A stretch of DNA of 64,000 nt from Amoebidium appalachense. Taxonomy: Eukaryota > Protista > Ichthyosporea. A program made the translations under genes and the position numbers. A model generated the notes under the pieces. The model had not been told where the DNA came from and did no database searches. It saw only the letters and a program-made list of their open reading frames with translations. Positions 19,226 to 43,771 of this stretch are shown piece after piece (within the stretch, counting starts at the first letter, position 1; every line of letters begins with the position of its first letter). The stretch is taken from assembly GCA_963693365.1 (NCBI GenBank), contig CAVNZM010000007.1, positions 5,081,962-5,145,961 on the forward strand. The letters run 5' to 3'.

Positions 19226-20494
19226 ATGGCCGGATCTGCAGCCACATGCTCTGCGGGATCCATTGTGACAACAATGCGGCGTGTTTATGTAGCTGCAGCT
19301 GCCTCGAGTCTACTCTTTCTGGTCCCCAGCACCCTAGCTTGCAGCGAGCTCAAGCTGCGCTACGCCACGGCGCAGAATTACCACGTGTCTGCGCGCACCA
19401 TGGACTGGGGCGCACCGGACTTCAACAGCTACATCAACGTCGTGCCTCGTGGCGCCCCCACCGAGCTCGTGCCGGTCAAGGGCTGCGACTGGTGCAACAG
19501 CACGCCAGCCGTCCCCACGGTGCACGGCTACGTGTACATGGACGGTTTGCGCAAGCCCACCACCTCCCTGGACGGCCTCAACGAGGCCGGGCTGTCTGCC
19601 GCCATGCTGCTGCTGGACGCCACCACATACCAAAAGCCGCTGCAGTCCGACCCGCGGCCCGTGCTGGGCTCGTACAGCCTGGTCAAGTACATGCTGGCCG
19701 TGTGCGACTCCGTGGCCTGTGTGCGCCGCCAGTTTGAGACCCACCAGATAGCCGAGGGCCACCTGCCCGAGCTGGACATCTTTGCCTCACGCGGTGGCCG
19801 GCTGGGGGGCCACCTGCAGTTCCACGACACAGCCGGCCAGTCGCTGGTGGTGGAGTTCATCGGCACGCAGAACGCCACCCTGGCGCCTGAGTGCTTTGCC
19901 TCAAAAGACTCCATCCACAGCAGGGCCCACGAGGCCGGGGCGCGGGTGTGCATGTACGACAGCCGCAACGTCATGACCATGACCAACGACCCCACTTGGG
20001 AGGTCATGCGTGCCGAGCTGCGAACACGGCTCAACGGCACCGAATATGAAGACGTGGCGGTGGTGTCCAACGCCACGCTCGAGGCGGCCATGCACGGTGC
20101 CGGCAGCACCACGCCCGAGGACCGGCTGGTGCAGATGGCCATGCTGCAGGAGAGTGCCGTGCGCAGCGGGGGGGCTTGGGCCGGGGCACTGGGGCCCCAC
20201 CTGCCGTCGTACGTGTGCAGCGACCCGGCCGTGGACCACGTGAGCGCGGCCACGGCCATGATTGGGCGCGTGTCGCTGGCCAAGGGCGCCGACGACTGGA
20301 CCACGGCCTGGACCGTTGTGCGCGACCACAGCGCCCGGCGGCTGTACTTCTCCACGCCGGCCGTGCGCAACCTGCAGATGGTCGACCTCACAAAGCTGCG
20401 CCTGGACGACCCCACGGCAACACGCGTGGCCATCCCCATGGCCTTCCACACCGGCCCCTACTACAATGACGTCACAGAGGCACTGTTTGCATAG
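19226..20494 (+). CDS. Secreted linear amide C-N hydrolase (choloylglycine hydrolase / penicillin V acylase family, Ntn fold), copy B, intronless
   Basis: 422-aa ORF. A 38-aa leader ending …AAASSLLFLVPSTLA is followed by a 384-aa mature region identical in protein sequence to copy A, starting at the catalytic Cys. Confidence 0.88.
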   Translation: MAGSAATCSAGSIVTTMRRVYVAAAASSLLFLVPSTLACSELKLRYATAQNYHVSARTMDWGAPDFNSYINVVPRGAPTELVPVKGCDWCNSTPAVPTVHGYVYMDGLRKPTTSLDGLNEAGLSAAMLLLDATTYQKPLQSDPRPVLGSYSLVKYMLAVCDSVACVRRQFETHQIAEGHLPELDIFASRGGRLGGHLQFHDTAGQSLVVEFIGTQNATLAPECFASKDSIHSRAHEAGARVCMYDSRNVMTMTNDPTWEVMRAELRTRLNGTEYEDVAVVSNATLEAAMHGAGSTTPEDRLVQMAMLQESAVRSGGAWAGALGPHLPSYVCSDPAVDHVSAATAMIGRVSLAKGADDWTTAWTVVRDHSARRLYFSTPAVRNLQMVDLTKLRLDDPTATRVAIPMAFHTGPYYNDVTEALFA

Positions 20495-20982
20495 ATGCGA
20501 TTTCGATACATATGCATATTAGTTCACACTATAGAAGCAAGCACAGTGCGAGTTATTATAACTGTGTGGCCTTTTGATTCGTGAACTCTCAGGAACTTAA
20601 AGGCACTGCAAGTTTCTATCGAGCAAATAAATAAAGGCTTTTGGTGCTCATCACATCTGTTCCAATCATATGGGGCACATCCATTTCAAGTCTAGATGTG
20701 ATCATCTGACCCGACCCGGAACCCTCACAATCCCTTAAAGTTGATGCAATTGTCACCATCATGGACTAGTGTTGATCTAGGGGGAACCCCTCTGAATAAG
20801 TTCTGGTTGTAGGTTTATTCAAAGGTGTGCAAAGTTCTGTCTAGAATCACAGAAATATTCACAGAAAAGAGCCTTAAAAATAAAATCAAATTGAACAACA
20901 TTTTGGTACAGAACGTATTTTTTTTTTTTTTTTAAAAAAAAAAGGGGGGGGGGGGGGGGGGGAAAGAAAAGGGGAAAAAAAA

Positions 20983-21022
<40 letters not shown>

Positions 21023-22584
21023 CCGCCGCCGCCGCGACCGTTGACTACGTTTCCTCTTTGTTATGCCTGCGTGATCCCCTCCTTGCTCACCCAATTCACT
21101 GCGACCAGCTGGTCATTTCCACAATTCTCCGCTTTCGTGATCACCCTTTTTCTCTTGTTCTCTCTCGTGCCTTTCTCTTTATATTCCGTATATCCTTCCT
21201 TTTTCTGCCTTACCAATGCCAGGGGGGCCAAGGCACACACACACTGAGCGAAAACACCCACTGGCAGGCACACACATGCACCCAAACTGGAACCGACACG
21301 TGCACAGCCACAGACGTGCCCACACCGTTACAGAGACATACACACAAAGACACAATGTAAATCATACAGACTGCACACAGCGCCACCTATTTCTTTTGGC
21401 ATGCAACCTCTGCCGTGGTCCCTCCCCTCCGTCCCCTGAGCGCCTCCCCGCCCCTCCTCAGAGCAATCCCCTCCCCCCTCATTGCAACCCCCCCCCCTCC
21501 CCCCTTCCCCTCCCTCTTTCCTACGACCCCCCCGTACGGACAACCCTCCCCCACCTTTCTCCTCCCCCTCCTCCGGGTCCCTTTTCCTCCCCTAGGCCTC
21601 CCCCCCCCCCCCCCCCCCTTCCCCCCTCCTACAAACCCCCCCTACGGACCATCCTTTTACCTCTTTCTCCCCCCCTCCCCCCCTCCCCCCCCCTTCCTCT
21701 CCCCCCCACCTCTTTCCCGCCCTGGCTATGATAAAGGGGCTGAGTGAACTGCATCGTTGATGTTTTCGCAAAGCTCATCTTTTATCCAAATAAGACAACC
21801 ACGCACCCTGCTCAGGTCACTACTTGCACAAGGTTTCGCAGGCAGCATGGCTGTTGTTAAGTGGGGCCCCATGCCCAATACCATTGAATATCATGATTAT
21901 CTCAGAAGATTCTCAGGGCGCTCGCCACGTGCACTTCAACTTGTGATATTTGGAGATACTGACGGGATAGTTGCGTTGAAATTTAGTTTGACGATGATAG
22001 TATGATAGAATAAGTGCAATGATATACACAGCAACAGAATTACTTTCGTTAGCCAGTTACCTACGCGTAGCGATAGAGGGAAAGCTGCTGAAAAGATGGT
22101 GGTGCCAGTGGTGATGGTGGTGGGGGTGGTGGGGGTGGGTATTTTATTTATTTATTTATTTATCTTTATTTTTTAATTTTTTTGGGGGGGGGGGAGGGGG
22201 GGGGGGGGAGGAGGAGGATTTTTGCTTAAAAAAGGGAGGGAAAAAGAAAAAGAAAGGTATACACGACCCGAACATCAAATGGATTAATGGGCAATGGATT
22301 AGATATTCAACCCAATCATCGACACACCCTTATTATAGGAAAGCACCTATCTGGGGAGAGACAACCGAACTACTGCAGCTGGGGGGCATGAAATTCCAAA
22401 ACCGACAATTCCAACACCAACACACCCATGCACACACGCACACACACACACAGACACACACAGACACAGACGTGTACACATAAACACACAATCACACAAG
22501 ACATACACACACACCCTCTCTCACGGTCTCTCTCGAGCTCCTCCTTCTTCCATCCTCTCCAACACACGCGCGTGCGCGCGCTCT

Positions 22585-22653
<69 letters not shown>

Positions 22654-23994
22654 AACACACACACACACACGCACACACACACAATCCCCCCCCCCCCCCC
22701 CCCCCCCCCCCCACCCTACCCCCCTCCCTACTCCTGCCTCCCCACCCTCCCTTCGTGCGCGTTCATCGAGCCCCCCCGCCCCGCCCCCTTCCCCCCCCCT
22801 TCCCTCCTCCCCCGGCGGCTCTGCGAGGGAAATAGTGACACAAGGCCATCAAGTTTATTTTACCCAGGTCTGTATCAATCACCATTCCCATAATTCAACT
22901 TAACAACCTTGGATGAATAGATCTATCGGATGGAAGTGCAACTAATTATTATATATTGCCCTTAATGATGAAAGCACAGGCAATCATGTGTTGTTTTGGC
23001 CTCCAATTTTCAGCTGATTCAAAAAATCAAGGAACTATAAGAGTAGAGGCAGAACTATTGGTGTGTATGGGTTTACTCATCAACCACATTGTACATCGCC
23101 TATATAACACACCCACACCCCTAATCCCTTGCACAACATGCAGATACCTTGTAACTTATGGATACAGTGTGCGAAAAAATAACTTTCATATTTGCATACA
23201 CAAATATGTTGTGCATGCACGTGCATCGGTCATTTCAAAGAGCACGGTCCACGGGCCCATTCTGTTGGTTCAATATGCTAGCTCAGTAGCAGCCTAGGAA
23301 TAAACCAGAATTCAATAATTTATTAAGCATTAACCCTTCAACATCTTTCAATAGGGATGCATTAACGTTCTCATCACTTATAGTGTACACGTACTGCTGG
23401 CTGCCAATTCATATAAAGGGTATTACTAAGCCGCAATGTTATTTCAAGATTGATGTTTTGTTGCCGCATAATGTTATTTCAAGATTATTATGGAGAAACT
23501 ACACGAAATCATTCGTAAAAAATTGAAAGTCTTGAACAGATATACCACAATCATGGCAGCAACAGCTCTTCGGCATACATATCGAATTCCGGATCCGGAA
23601 ACGAAGGCCGTGTAAACCAACCAGACCTTCCACATAGACTGTAACTTACTAAGTTACAAGTGGCCGTTTTATCGCGACGGTGCCGGGATGCACAGCAATT
23701 ACAGTTGCGGTGTTTTTTTTCCAGCCTTCGGCACCAACACATAATGTATCATGCACCGTCCACAAGAGGTGCCAAGGTTGATGTGAGGGGTGTGCGCGGC
23801 CAGGGAGACACAGTAGCCTGCTGAAGAAAAGATTTGTGTTGTTAATGTTAGTTTATTGGGTCAAGCTAAATTGAACAACAACGGCACATAACAATACGAA
23901 TGATACTATAAATGATCAGATTATCTATTTGACCATAACATCCCGCGAATATAGGCACGGACTAATCAACAAAAACAAACCCAAACAAAAAATT

Positions 23995-24068
23995 CGACCG
24001 CGGCAGGACTCGAACCTGCAATCTCCTGATCCGTAGTCAGGTGCCTTATCCAATTTGGCCACGCGGCC
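23995..24068 (-). tRNA. tRNA-Arg(ACG)
   Basis: The minus strand GGCCGCGTGGCCAAATTGGATAAGGCACCTGACTACGGATCAGGAGATTGCAGGTTCGAGTCCTGCCGCGGTCG folds as a cloverleaf: anticodon arm CCTGA-CTACGGA-TCAGG, T-loop TTCGAGT. A T-run (Pol III terminator) follows immediately. Confidence 0.97.
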
Positions 24069-24201
24069 GTCGATGAATGCTGGCGGGCCAGTAAACATTA
24101 GACGGATCACTACCAAGCAGGACGCCTTTCACGACCACAAAGCTGAAAACGTGAACAGAAAATGCAGCCCCCTACAACATTCCGCCGCCCTCTTTCCCCA
24201 G

Positions 24202-31346
<7,145 letters not shown>

Positions 31347-32322
31347 GTTTGTGGAACCGAATCCGGACAGAGTTTTCCACTTTTGTATCTGCTTGCTTTA
31401 CTAGAGGCAAACTTAAAGTATGCCCTAATACACTTTCACTAGCGCAGGATAACTCAAGCTGTACACTATCATACGGTAGTTTACTCGCTCCCAGATATAA
31501 CACAGTCCTTGCGAGCTCTTTTGGCGGTGCGACGGCTGGTTGCGATCACGCATGCATGCACGGCAAGCTCTGCTAACCTTATAAAATATCCAGGTGTACT
31601 AGTCTGGTTGTGGTTATTAGTCTTCAGAACAGGAAGACGTGAACAGTAAGTTATCTTCCACGTACGAAGTTGAACTCCAATGCAAACTGCTGCCTCGGCA
31701 GTGTCGTGTGCAGTGTGCAACGGTGCGTGTTGCGTTCGAGGAATTTGAACCCATCATAGAAAGGCTTCCAAGCCGCAGAAAAGCAGGCTATGTTGATCCG
31801 TGATGAACTACGAATCAAATACGTACAAATAGATGTCCACCAATTATAATGATCTGTGGCTTTTGTGCTAACGAATGAGATTTATTGGCTGAGGAATGTC
31901 TGCCGAGGCCAAGGTAGTTACAGGGAGACGTGGGGTTTTCTCACGGTATATGCCGGCATCTATATGAGAACCGTATGAGAAACCTTTCACACTTCAGTAT
32001 AACATTACGAACTGCAATGGATATATAGTTGTTTCAAGCATTTATGACGTCTATTTCCCGACATTCCAAGAGGAGCTCCCATTATTCCCCGCCACAGGCA
32101 GCAGAACGCTCCCAGAATGGTATGTGCCAGCCTTGCTATTGATTGGTGGTATAAAGATAGCCAATCATATTTGCGGTGAGCTCCATTTTAGGCTGTTTTG
32201 GGAGTCTTTTGATTGGTCATAATGGATACGCCTAAGTCTTTGCCTGTCCGATCATCAGAGTCTAGCACAGGTCTGTGCCACTGCCGTGGTCATCGTTTGC
32301 AAAGCAGTGCACTGCACAGCAC

Positions 32323-32369
<47 letters not shown>

Positions 32370-32515
32370 CGTGCCTGCGTGCGTGCGCGTGCGTGTACAC
32401 GTGTGCCCTCGTCTGTCTGTACCATGTGCGTTCGCCGTGTGTCTATGTGTGCCCTCGTCTGCGTATGTGTGTTACGTGTGTGTGTGTGTGTGTGTATACT
32501 GTACATGTGTGTATG

Positions 32516-32547
<32 letters not shown>

Positions 32548-32672
32548 ACCTTGTGTTGTTTGTGTATCATCACGGTGTCTACATTGCCAATGGGTAGTAC
32601 GTGTATGGGTACTTGTGTAGCCTGTGTGTGTGCATTTTACGGTAATTTTAGTTCTTGTGTTGCCAAGTGTGT

Positions 32673-32746
<74 letters not shown>

Positions 32747-32748
<2 letters not shown>

Positions 32749-32940
32749 GAATGCGGAACACGGTACGAAGTACGCATACACGAAGTACACATGCAAAGGC
32801 AAACATTCAAGTATGCAACATCAGCCATGCGCACAGTATGCGTCATAAGCAGAGCCCATCCTCAGGGAGGGCCCAAGTCATCAATTGCGTCTGAGTTTCG
32901 ACCCCTTAGCCCGCGTATATACGACTCTGGGTTGTCACGG
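32747..32940 (+). repeat. Dispersed G-tract-anchored repeat module (one of the best-preserved copies)
   Basis: Poly-G followed by TTGAATGCGGAACACGGTACGAAGTACGCATACACG…ATGCAAAGGCAAACATTCAAGTATGCAACATCAGCCATGCGCACAGTATG…ATAAGCAGAGCCCATCCTCAGGGAGG. Nearly identical to 57718-57860. Confidence 0.85.
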
Positions 32941-32947
32941 TATGTGT

Positions 32948-32989
<42 letters not shown>

Positions 32990-33037
32990 TAATGGTGGTG
33001 GCTGCGACGGTGGTGGTGGTGGTGGTGGTGGTGGTGG

Positions 33038-33117
<80 letters not shown>

Positions 33118-34382
33118 GGGGGGGAGGGACCTTAAAGTTTGAGTTGAATGGGAGCCAGCTCTTATTCATGATGGCAAAACCAGGTGCTTATCTATTTTCT
33201 TTTTTTTGACCTACCGGCACAAGCCCTGCATCGTAACAAGGTCCCAATAATCCGGCTTTTTCTTTTTCTTGTTTATAAAATATTATGTACATACCAGGGC
33301 AACGAATAGAAACAACCGACTACGTTAAATGGTAAACTTTAAGGCATAATAAACAACCTTGCACAAGTTTTAGCACTTCGGCCCCCACTCTATCACGTGC
33401 ACTTCCACAGCAATCACCAAACGATCATAATTACTCACCTCAAAACGAAAGTTGAAAGCGCAAAACAACAGCAGCTAATTTAGGGTTGTAACTCTTGTCA
33501 ATAATTCTCAGAAACGTTAGCCGACTTAAGTTGGATTGATGCCATGGTTTCTATCCGCACGCCGCGCCCATCCATTCACACTGAAGTCTTGTACGCACCA
33601 TGACGATCACTACACGGTGTCTAAGTAACGGTTGTGCCTTTTTACATTCAGCAAAATGCCAAGGCCGCTAACGCCACCAATAGAAAGGGCAAAAATTAAG
33701 CAGGATCCACCAGATTCAACAACGAAGAGTGCGCCGGATTGCTGTATTAGCCCCGTGGCGTTGCCGTTGTGGCGAACACAGCCATGCTCGTAGCCACCGA
33801 GACAGTTGAACACCTGCAAAAAAAGAGTTCAAAGAAAAAAATGGGTTAGCCCAGGTTTGATTCCAGGACCCGTAACCCCTTCCCCCGGGCCTCCTATTAT
33901 GTATGCATCAAGAGTCCGCTGCTGTCTGTGTTTGTGTGTGCCTTTGCGGTATGCGTGTTTGTGTGTGCTTGATGTGTGTGGGTGGGCATGTTATATGGAT
34001 TGTGTGTGCACACGCTCTCATGTGCAGGCATCCTTGCAGGGATAAAAAGCGCAAACCCATCCTCCCTCCTCCCCTCCCCCTCCCCCCCCCCAAAACAACA
34101 ACAACACACACATACACAATTCTGTTTCACAAGCCCCCAAGGCCCCATCCCCCCCCCCCCTCCCCCCCGTCCCCGCCAACACACACACCCATACACAATT
34201 TCTCGAGAGCGTGTGTGCGCGCACACACACACACAGGCACACACACAAACACACACACACACACAACCCCCCCCCCCCCCCCCCCCCCCCCGGGGCCTCC
34301 TCGTTGTTGCACCATACCTTCCTCCCAAGCTGTGCTGCTCATGGTTGCGGAGGGCAAAATTCCTGTCGGAGGTCTCCAACCA

Positions 34383-34417
<35 letters not shown>

Positions 34418-34570
34418 TGTGTGCGCGTGCACACACACACACACACACGTATGCGTGCATGCATGGAGGTAAGGGCGAGGTGAGAAGCGGAACAAGGCTC
34501 AACACAAAACCCACCATAATTTCCATTGCCACACAAGACATTATTAAATCCGCAACAAAAGGAAGGAGGG

Positions 34571-34620
<50 letters not shown>

Positions 34621-35011
34621 TCGGATGCAGAGCACAATTATGAGGGAAAAAAATACAACACAATCCTCAGAAGGAAGCAGGACTTTCAGGAGAAGCCAAA
34701 ATTTCCAGCGGTGGCGGCGGCGGTGGTATGTGTGTGGGGGGAGGGGGGGGGGGAAGGGGGGGGGGGGAGGAAGTAAGACACATTTAGGCGGAGGCAACCA
34801 CGGAAACGAAGCGCGAAGGACTTTCAAGTTAGAAGCACAAAAGACAAAGAAGAACAAAGAAAAGGGACAAAAAAAAAGGGGGGGGGGGGGGGGGGGGGGT
34901 AGAATTCGTTACCTAGGAAAGCTGACGGAAAACAACACAAATCTTGTAAAAGAACGCACACACGGTTGCATCATCAGGCCCCGGGGTGGGGGGTGAGTGG
35001 GTGAGTGCGGT

Positions 35012-35089
<78 letters not shown>

Positions 35090-35124
35090 CGTGTGCGTGT
35101 GTGTGTGTGTGTGTCTTTGTGTTT

Positions 35125-35159
<35 letters not shown>

Positions 35160-35205
35160 GAGGGGGGGGAGGGGGGGGGGGGGGGCAAGGGGGAATAAAG
35201 TATAC

Positions 35206-40465
<5,260 letters not shown>

Positions 40466-40895
40466 TGACGCTTTTGCACAGCACACGCACGAGAGAGGAA
40501 GTTGGAACGGGACACAAAAGGGCAAGCCACTCTTGTGTACGCTGGTATGTAGGAGGTGATGGAGAGGGGAGGGTTGGGAAGATGGGGAGAATTTCTGGAC
40601 AAGTTGTGAAAGCTGACGAGGGATCAACTTGACGAGTGAGTATCGCAATCGTTGCAAGTTGGTGCGGCCAAAAATAGAAACGGCTCCTGATGTCAATCTG
40701 CCTCATGACCATATATGGTTATTTCAGCAACAATAGAACAGGTGTTCCACAAACAAATCCTTGGTCGCATCATATGGCACTGCGTACGTACCTGTGTGTG
40801 TGCATGCGTCAACGTGCAGCATCGTACTCACAACTGCCACTCACTGCCGCCGCCGCCGCCGTTTAAAATGTGCTTTAAATTAGTTTGTGCATGTG

Positions 40896-40958
<63 letters not shown>

Positions 40959-41013
40959 ATGTGTGTGTGTGTGTGCCAGCGTGTGTGTGTGTGCGTGTGT
41001 GTGTGTGTATGTG

Positions 41014-41103
<90 letters not shown>

Positions 41104-41484
41104 TGTGTTTGTGTGTTTGTGTGTGTGGAAGACTGTATAACGGCACCTATCTGCCCGGTTTTAACGGCTCAAATTTAAATACAATACACGTGTGTCTACT
41201 AACAAGCTGTTAATATTAGCGTGTGTGTGCGCGAGCCTGGTGCTTGTGCGAGTGTGCTAGCCTTGTGCGTTGTGCGTTCTAAGCCTTGTGTGTGTGTGTG
41301 TGTTTGGGAGAGGGGGGGCGGGGGGTGGGGGGAGGGGAAGGTGCTGGGGGGGAGGGGGGGGGGGGGTTGTTTACCTGTATGTGCTATAGCATGTGTGCGT
41401 ATGCGTGCATGTGTGCGGGTGTGCGTGTGCGTGTGCATGTGTGTGTGTGTGCATGTGCATATGTGTGTGCGTCAAGGTATAAAC

Positions 41485-41554
<70 letters not shown>

Positions 41555-41598
41555 CGTGACGGTGTGTGTGGTGTGACACTGTGTGTGTGTGTGCATGA

Positions 41599-41649
<51 letters not shown>

Positions 41650-42322
41650 ATGTGTGTGTGCGTGCGCGTGTGGGGAAGGGGAGGAGGAAAGGGGGGGGGG
41701 GGGGGGGGGGGGGAACTCAGGCGGATGGGAGGATTTGGCGTGTGCATTGTGCTTGTGCAGCAACTAAAACATCCCGGCACCATAACATGTGGCACAAACT
41801 ATTCGCTGGTTTTTATTATTATTTGCAGATATATCCTTTCTCCTGGCCCACCGACACACAGTATTGGGTTTACTACTCAGATTCAAGTGTATCTAACTTG
41901 ACGTTACTGCTACCCATTCTATACGTTTTCGAATAAAAACATTCTTCAAAGCTTCACCCATAAACCTGCCCCATCATCCACCTAATATTCGTAACAGAGG
42001 TTTGCACAAGTTGGCGCTGCCGCAGCCAAATTCAAATTCAAATCTCCCCTTTGGTCTTTTTATCAAAACACTGTTACATGTTCACTTTTCCCTTTCGTAA
42101 CACCTCCATCACAGCACATTCGTGTTCAGTTTACATATCCGTGTTCATTAAAACAAGGATTCATAACGGCGTGGTGAGTAACATTCCTCGCAACATAATG
42201 CCACATTGCCGTTCACATGCAAAAGAGTCTCTCTCGAGAATAGACTGTCCGGGATGCCGTCAAATAAATAAATAGTTGAATAATTCGATACATTAGGTGG
42301 GCAAAAAAAAACGAGGAAAAAA

Positions 42323-43771
42323 TTAAGCACCGCTAGCACAGTTGGGCACGAGTGCCGCCGACAGCATAGCGTGGAGCGCAAGCTGCAGGTTTGCCTGCGT
42401 CCACAGCAGTGGGCAGATGTCGTTCACTACATACTTTCCCTTCTCAATATAGTACGACTCGGGGCACTTCCATGCCCCAAACACGCAAACATCCCCCGTC
42501 ACCTGCCCCAACGCACGGTGGAAGAACAGCCGCTGCAACATCCGAAGCTGCTGCCTCTCTTCGCTTGTCACTGCCTCCTGCGCCCACGTACCAAACACCA
42601 CCGACACAATCGAGTCGAAAATGCACCACTGCGCCTCCTCCCCAGGCGTCAATAGGCGGTCGCGCGCACCCATGTTGTCGCTGAAATCCGCCGTACGGTT
42701 TTCCTCGCTGAAAAGCGTCTTGTAATCTGCCATCCAGTAGGAGTCGCCCGAATAGCGCCGGATTCCATTATCCCCGGCCAGATGGTCAACGACGTCTGTG
42801 ACGATCTTACGGGCAATATCACCCTCGACTATGCGCAGAGGATAGACCAAAAATAGGAGCGCGCCGTCCGTGGTGCGCGTTGCACCTTCATCGCGCGACT
42901 CGTAGGGGAGGATGCTGGCAAGGGCTGCCTGACCCCGTGCCTCCATGGCTGCAACAGTGGAGAGGGCATCGTCGCTCAGCGGCACGTCGGCGTGCTGCTT
43001 CGGGTTGGTTGTGCCTTTTACGGCTGTGTAACATTTGGAAAACGCGGCAGAAAACTTGCTGTTTTCGTTCATTAGACGGTGAAGCTCGCGCAGACCAGCG
43101 GTGGCCGCGCCGACACTTGACGCCTCGACCTTGCGCACCTCCTCCCAGTGGCCGTTGTCTTTGTCGGACCAAAACCCAACAGCGTACAGATAGAGGGTGA
43201 GCTGGGCAAGCAGCTCTGCAAACTTCTCGTGCGAGCAGTCCAGATGACCCTTACGGCCTAGCTTGCACGCGAGCCACAGGAAGTATCCCAGGGCGTCGTT
43301 TTGTGCGTGCGACCAGTGTTCTGTGTTCTCGCTCAGTTTGTGGCCGTTGAAGCGAATGTGTGGCCGCTGCATTACGTCTTCGGTGTCGGCGCGACCGCTA
43401 ATGCAGTCGAGGAAGCGGTTGGAGTGTGCCTGCCAAAAGGCGGCAATGTCGCGCACAACAGAAACTGCCTTGGCGTGGTCACCAATAACAAGTTGGGCGT
43501 GCGCAATGTGGATGTTGTCCCTCACCCACACGTTGCTGTAGCCTGTGTAATCCTCCACGCCTTCCTCCGAGAGCGCGGCGCAGAACAACCCACGGCCCTT
43601 GATATTGGGGAAATCCAGGGTGCCCTTGGATTCGAGCAGACGCCAGATTTTCAGGACATCTTCGGCTGTGTAGACGTTCTTGCTCTGCTTGAGAAGGGCT
43701 CCGAGCTCCTTGTTGTGCACGACGACCTTGGGGACATTTTGGAACTGGGGAACGGCATGTGTGACAGCCAT
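42323..43771 (-). CDS. Glycoside hydrolase family 15 / phosphorylase-kinase alpha-beta-like (alpha/alpha)6 protein, intronless, bacterial-like
   Basis: Uninterrupted 482-aa ORF with motifs TGYSNVWVRDN, RPHIRFNG, WSHAQNDALG, DNGHWEE..K.EASSVG…AGL, DGALLFL.YP, GIRRY.GDSY, EAQWCIFD, PESYY and PLLWTQANL, typical of stand-alone GH15/PhK-like proteins. Confidence 0.82.
   Translation of the reverse strand: MAVTHAVPQFQNVPKVVVHNKELGALLKQSKNVYTAEDVLKIWRLLESKGTLDFPNIKGRGLFCAALSEEGVEDYTGYSNVWVRDNIHIAHAQLVIGDHAKAVSVVRDIAAFWQAHSNRFLDCISGRADTEDVMQRPHIRFNGHKLSENTEHWSHAQNDALGYFLWLACKLGRKGHLDCSHEKFAELLAQLTLYLYAVGFWSDKDNGHWEEVRKVEASSVGAATAGLRELHRLMNENSKFSAAFSKCYTAVKGTTNPKQHADVPLSDDALSTVAAMEARGQAALASILPYESRDEGATRTTDGALLFLVYPLRIVEGDIARKIVTDVVDHLAGDNGIRRYSGDSYWMADYKTLFSEENRTADFSDNMGARDRLLTPGEEAQWCIFDSIVSVVFGTWAQEAVTSEERQQLRMLQRLFFHRALGQVTGDVCVFGAWKCPESYYIEKGKYVVNDICPLLWTQANLQLALHAMLSAALVPNCASGA

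Noticed and set aside
32686-32746. Exact lengths of the very long G/C homopolymers as a signal
   Set aside because: Homopolymer lengths are unreliable in long-read assemblies. Only their presence and strand polarity were used.
34310-34390. Possible next UBL4A-like exon (VVGDLRQEF…) with an apparent non-canonical CG acceptor
   Set aside because: It needs a CG acceptor and probably a frameshift beside an (AC)n tract. A sequencing error or chance is more likely than non-canonical splicing; unresolved without cDNA.
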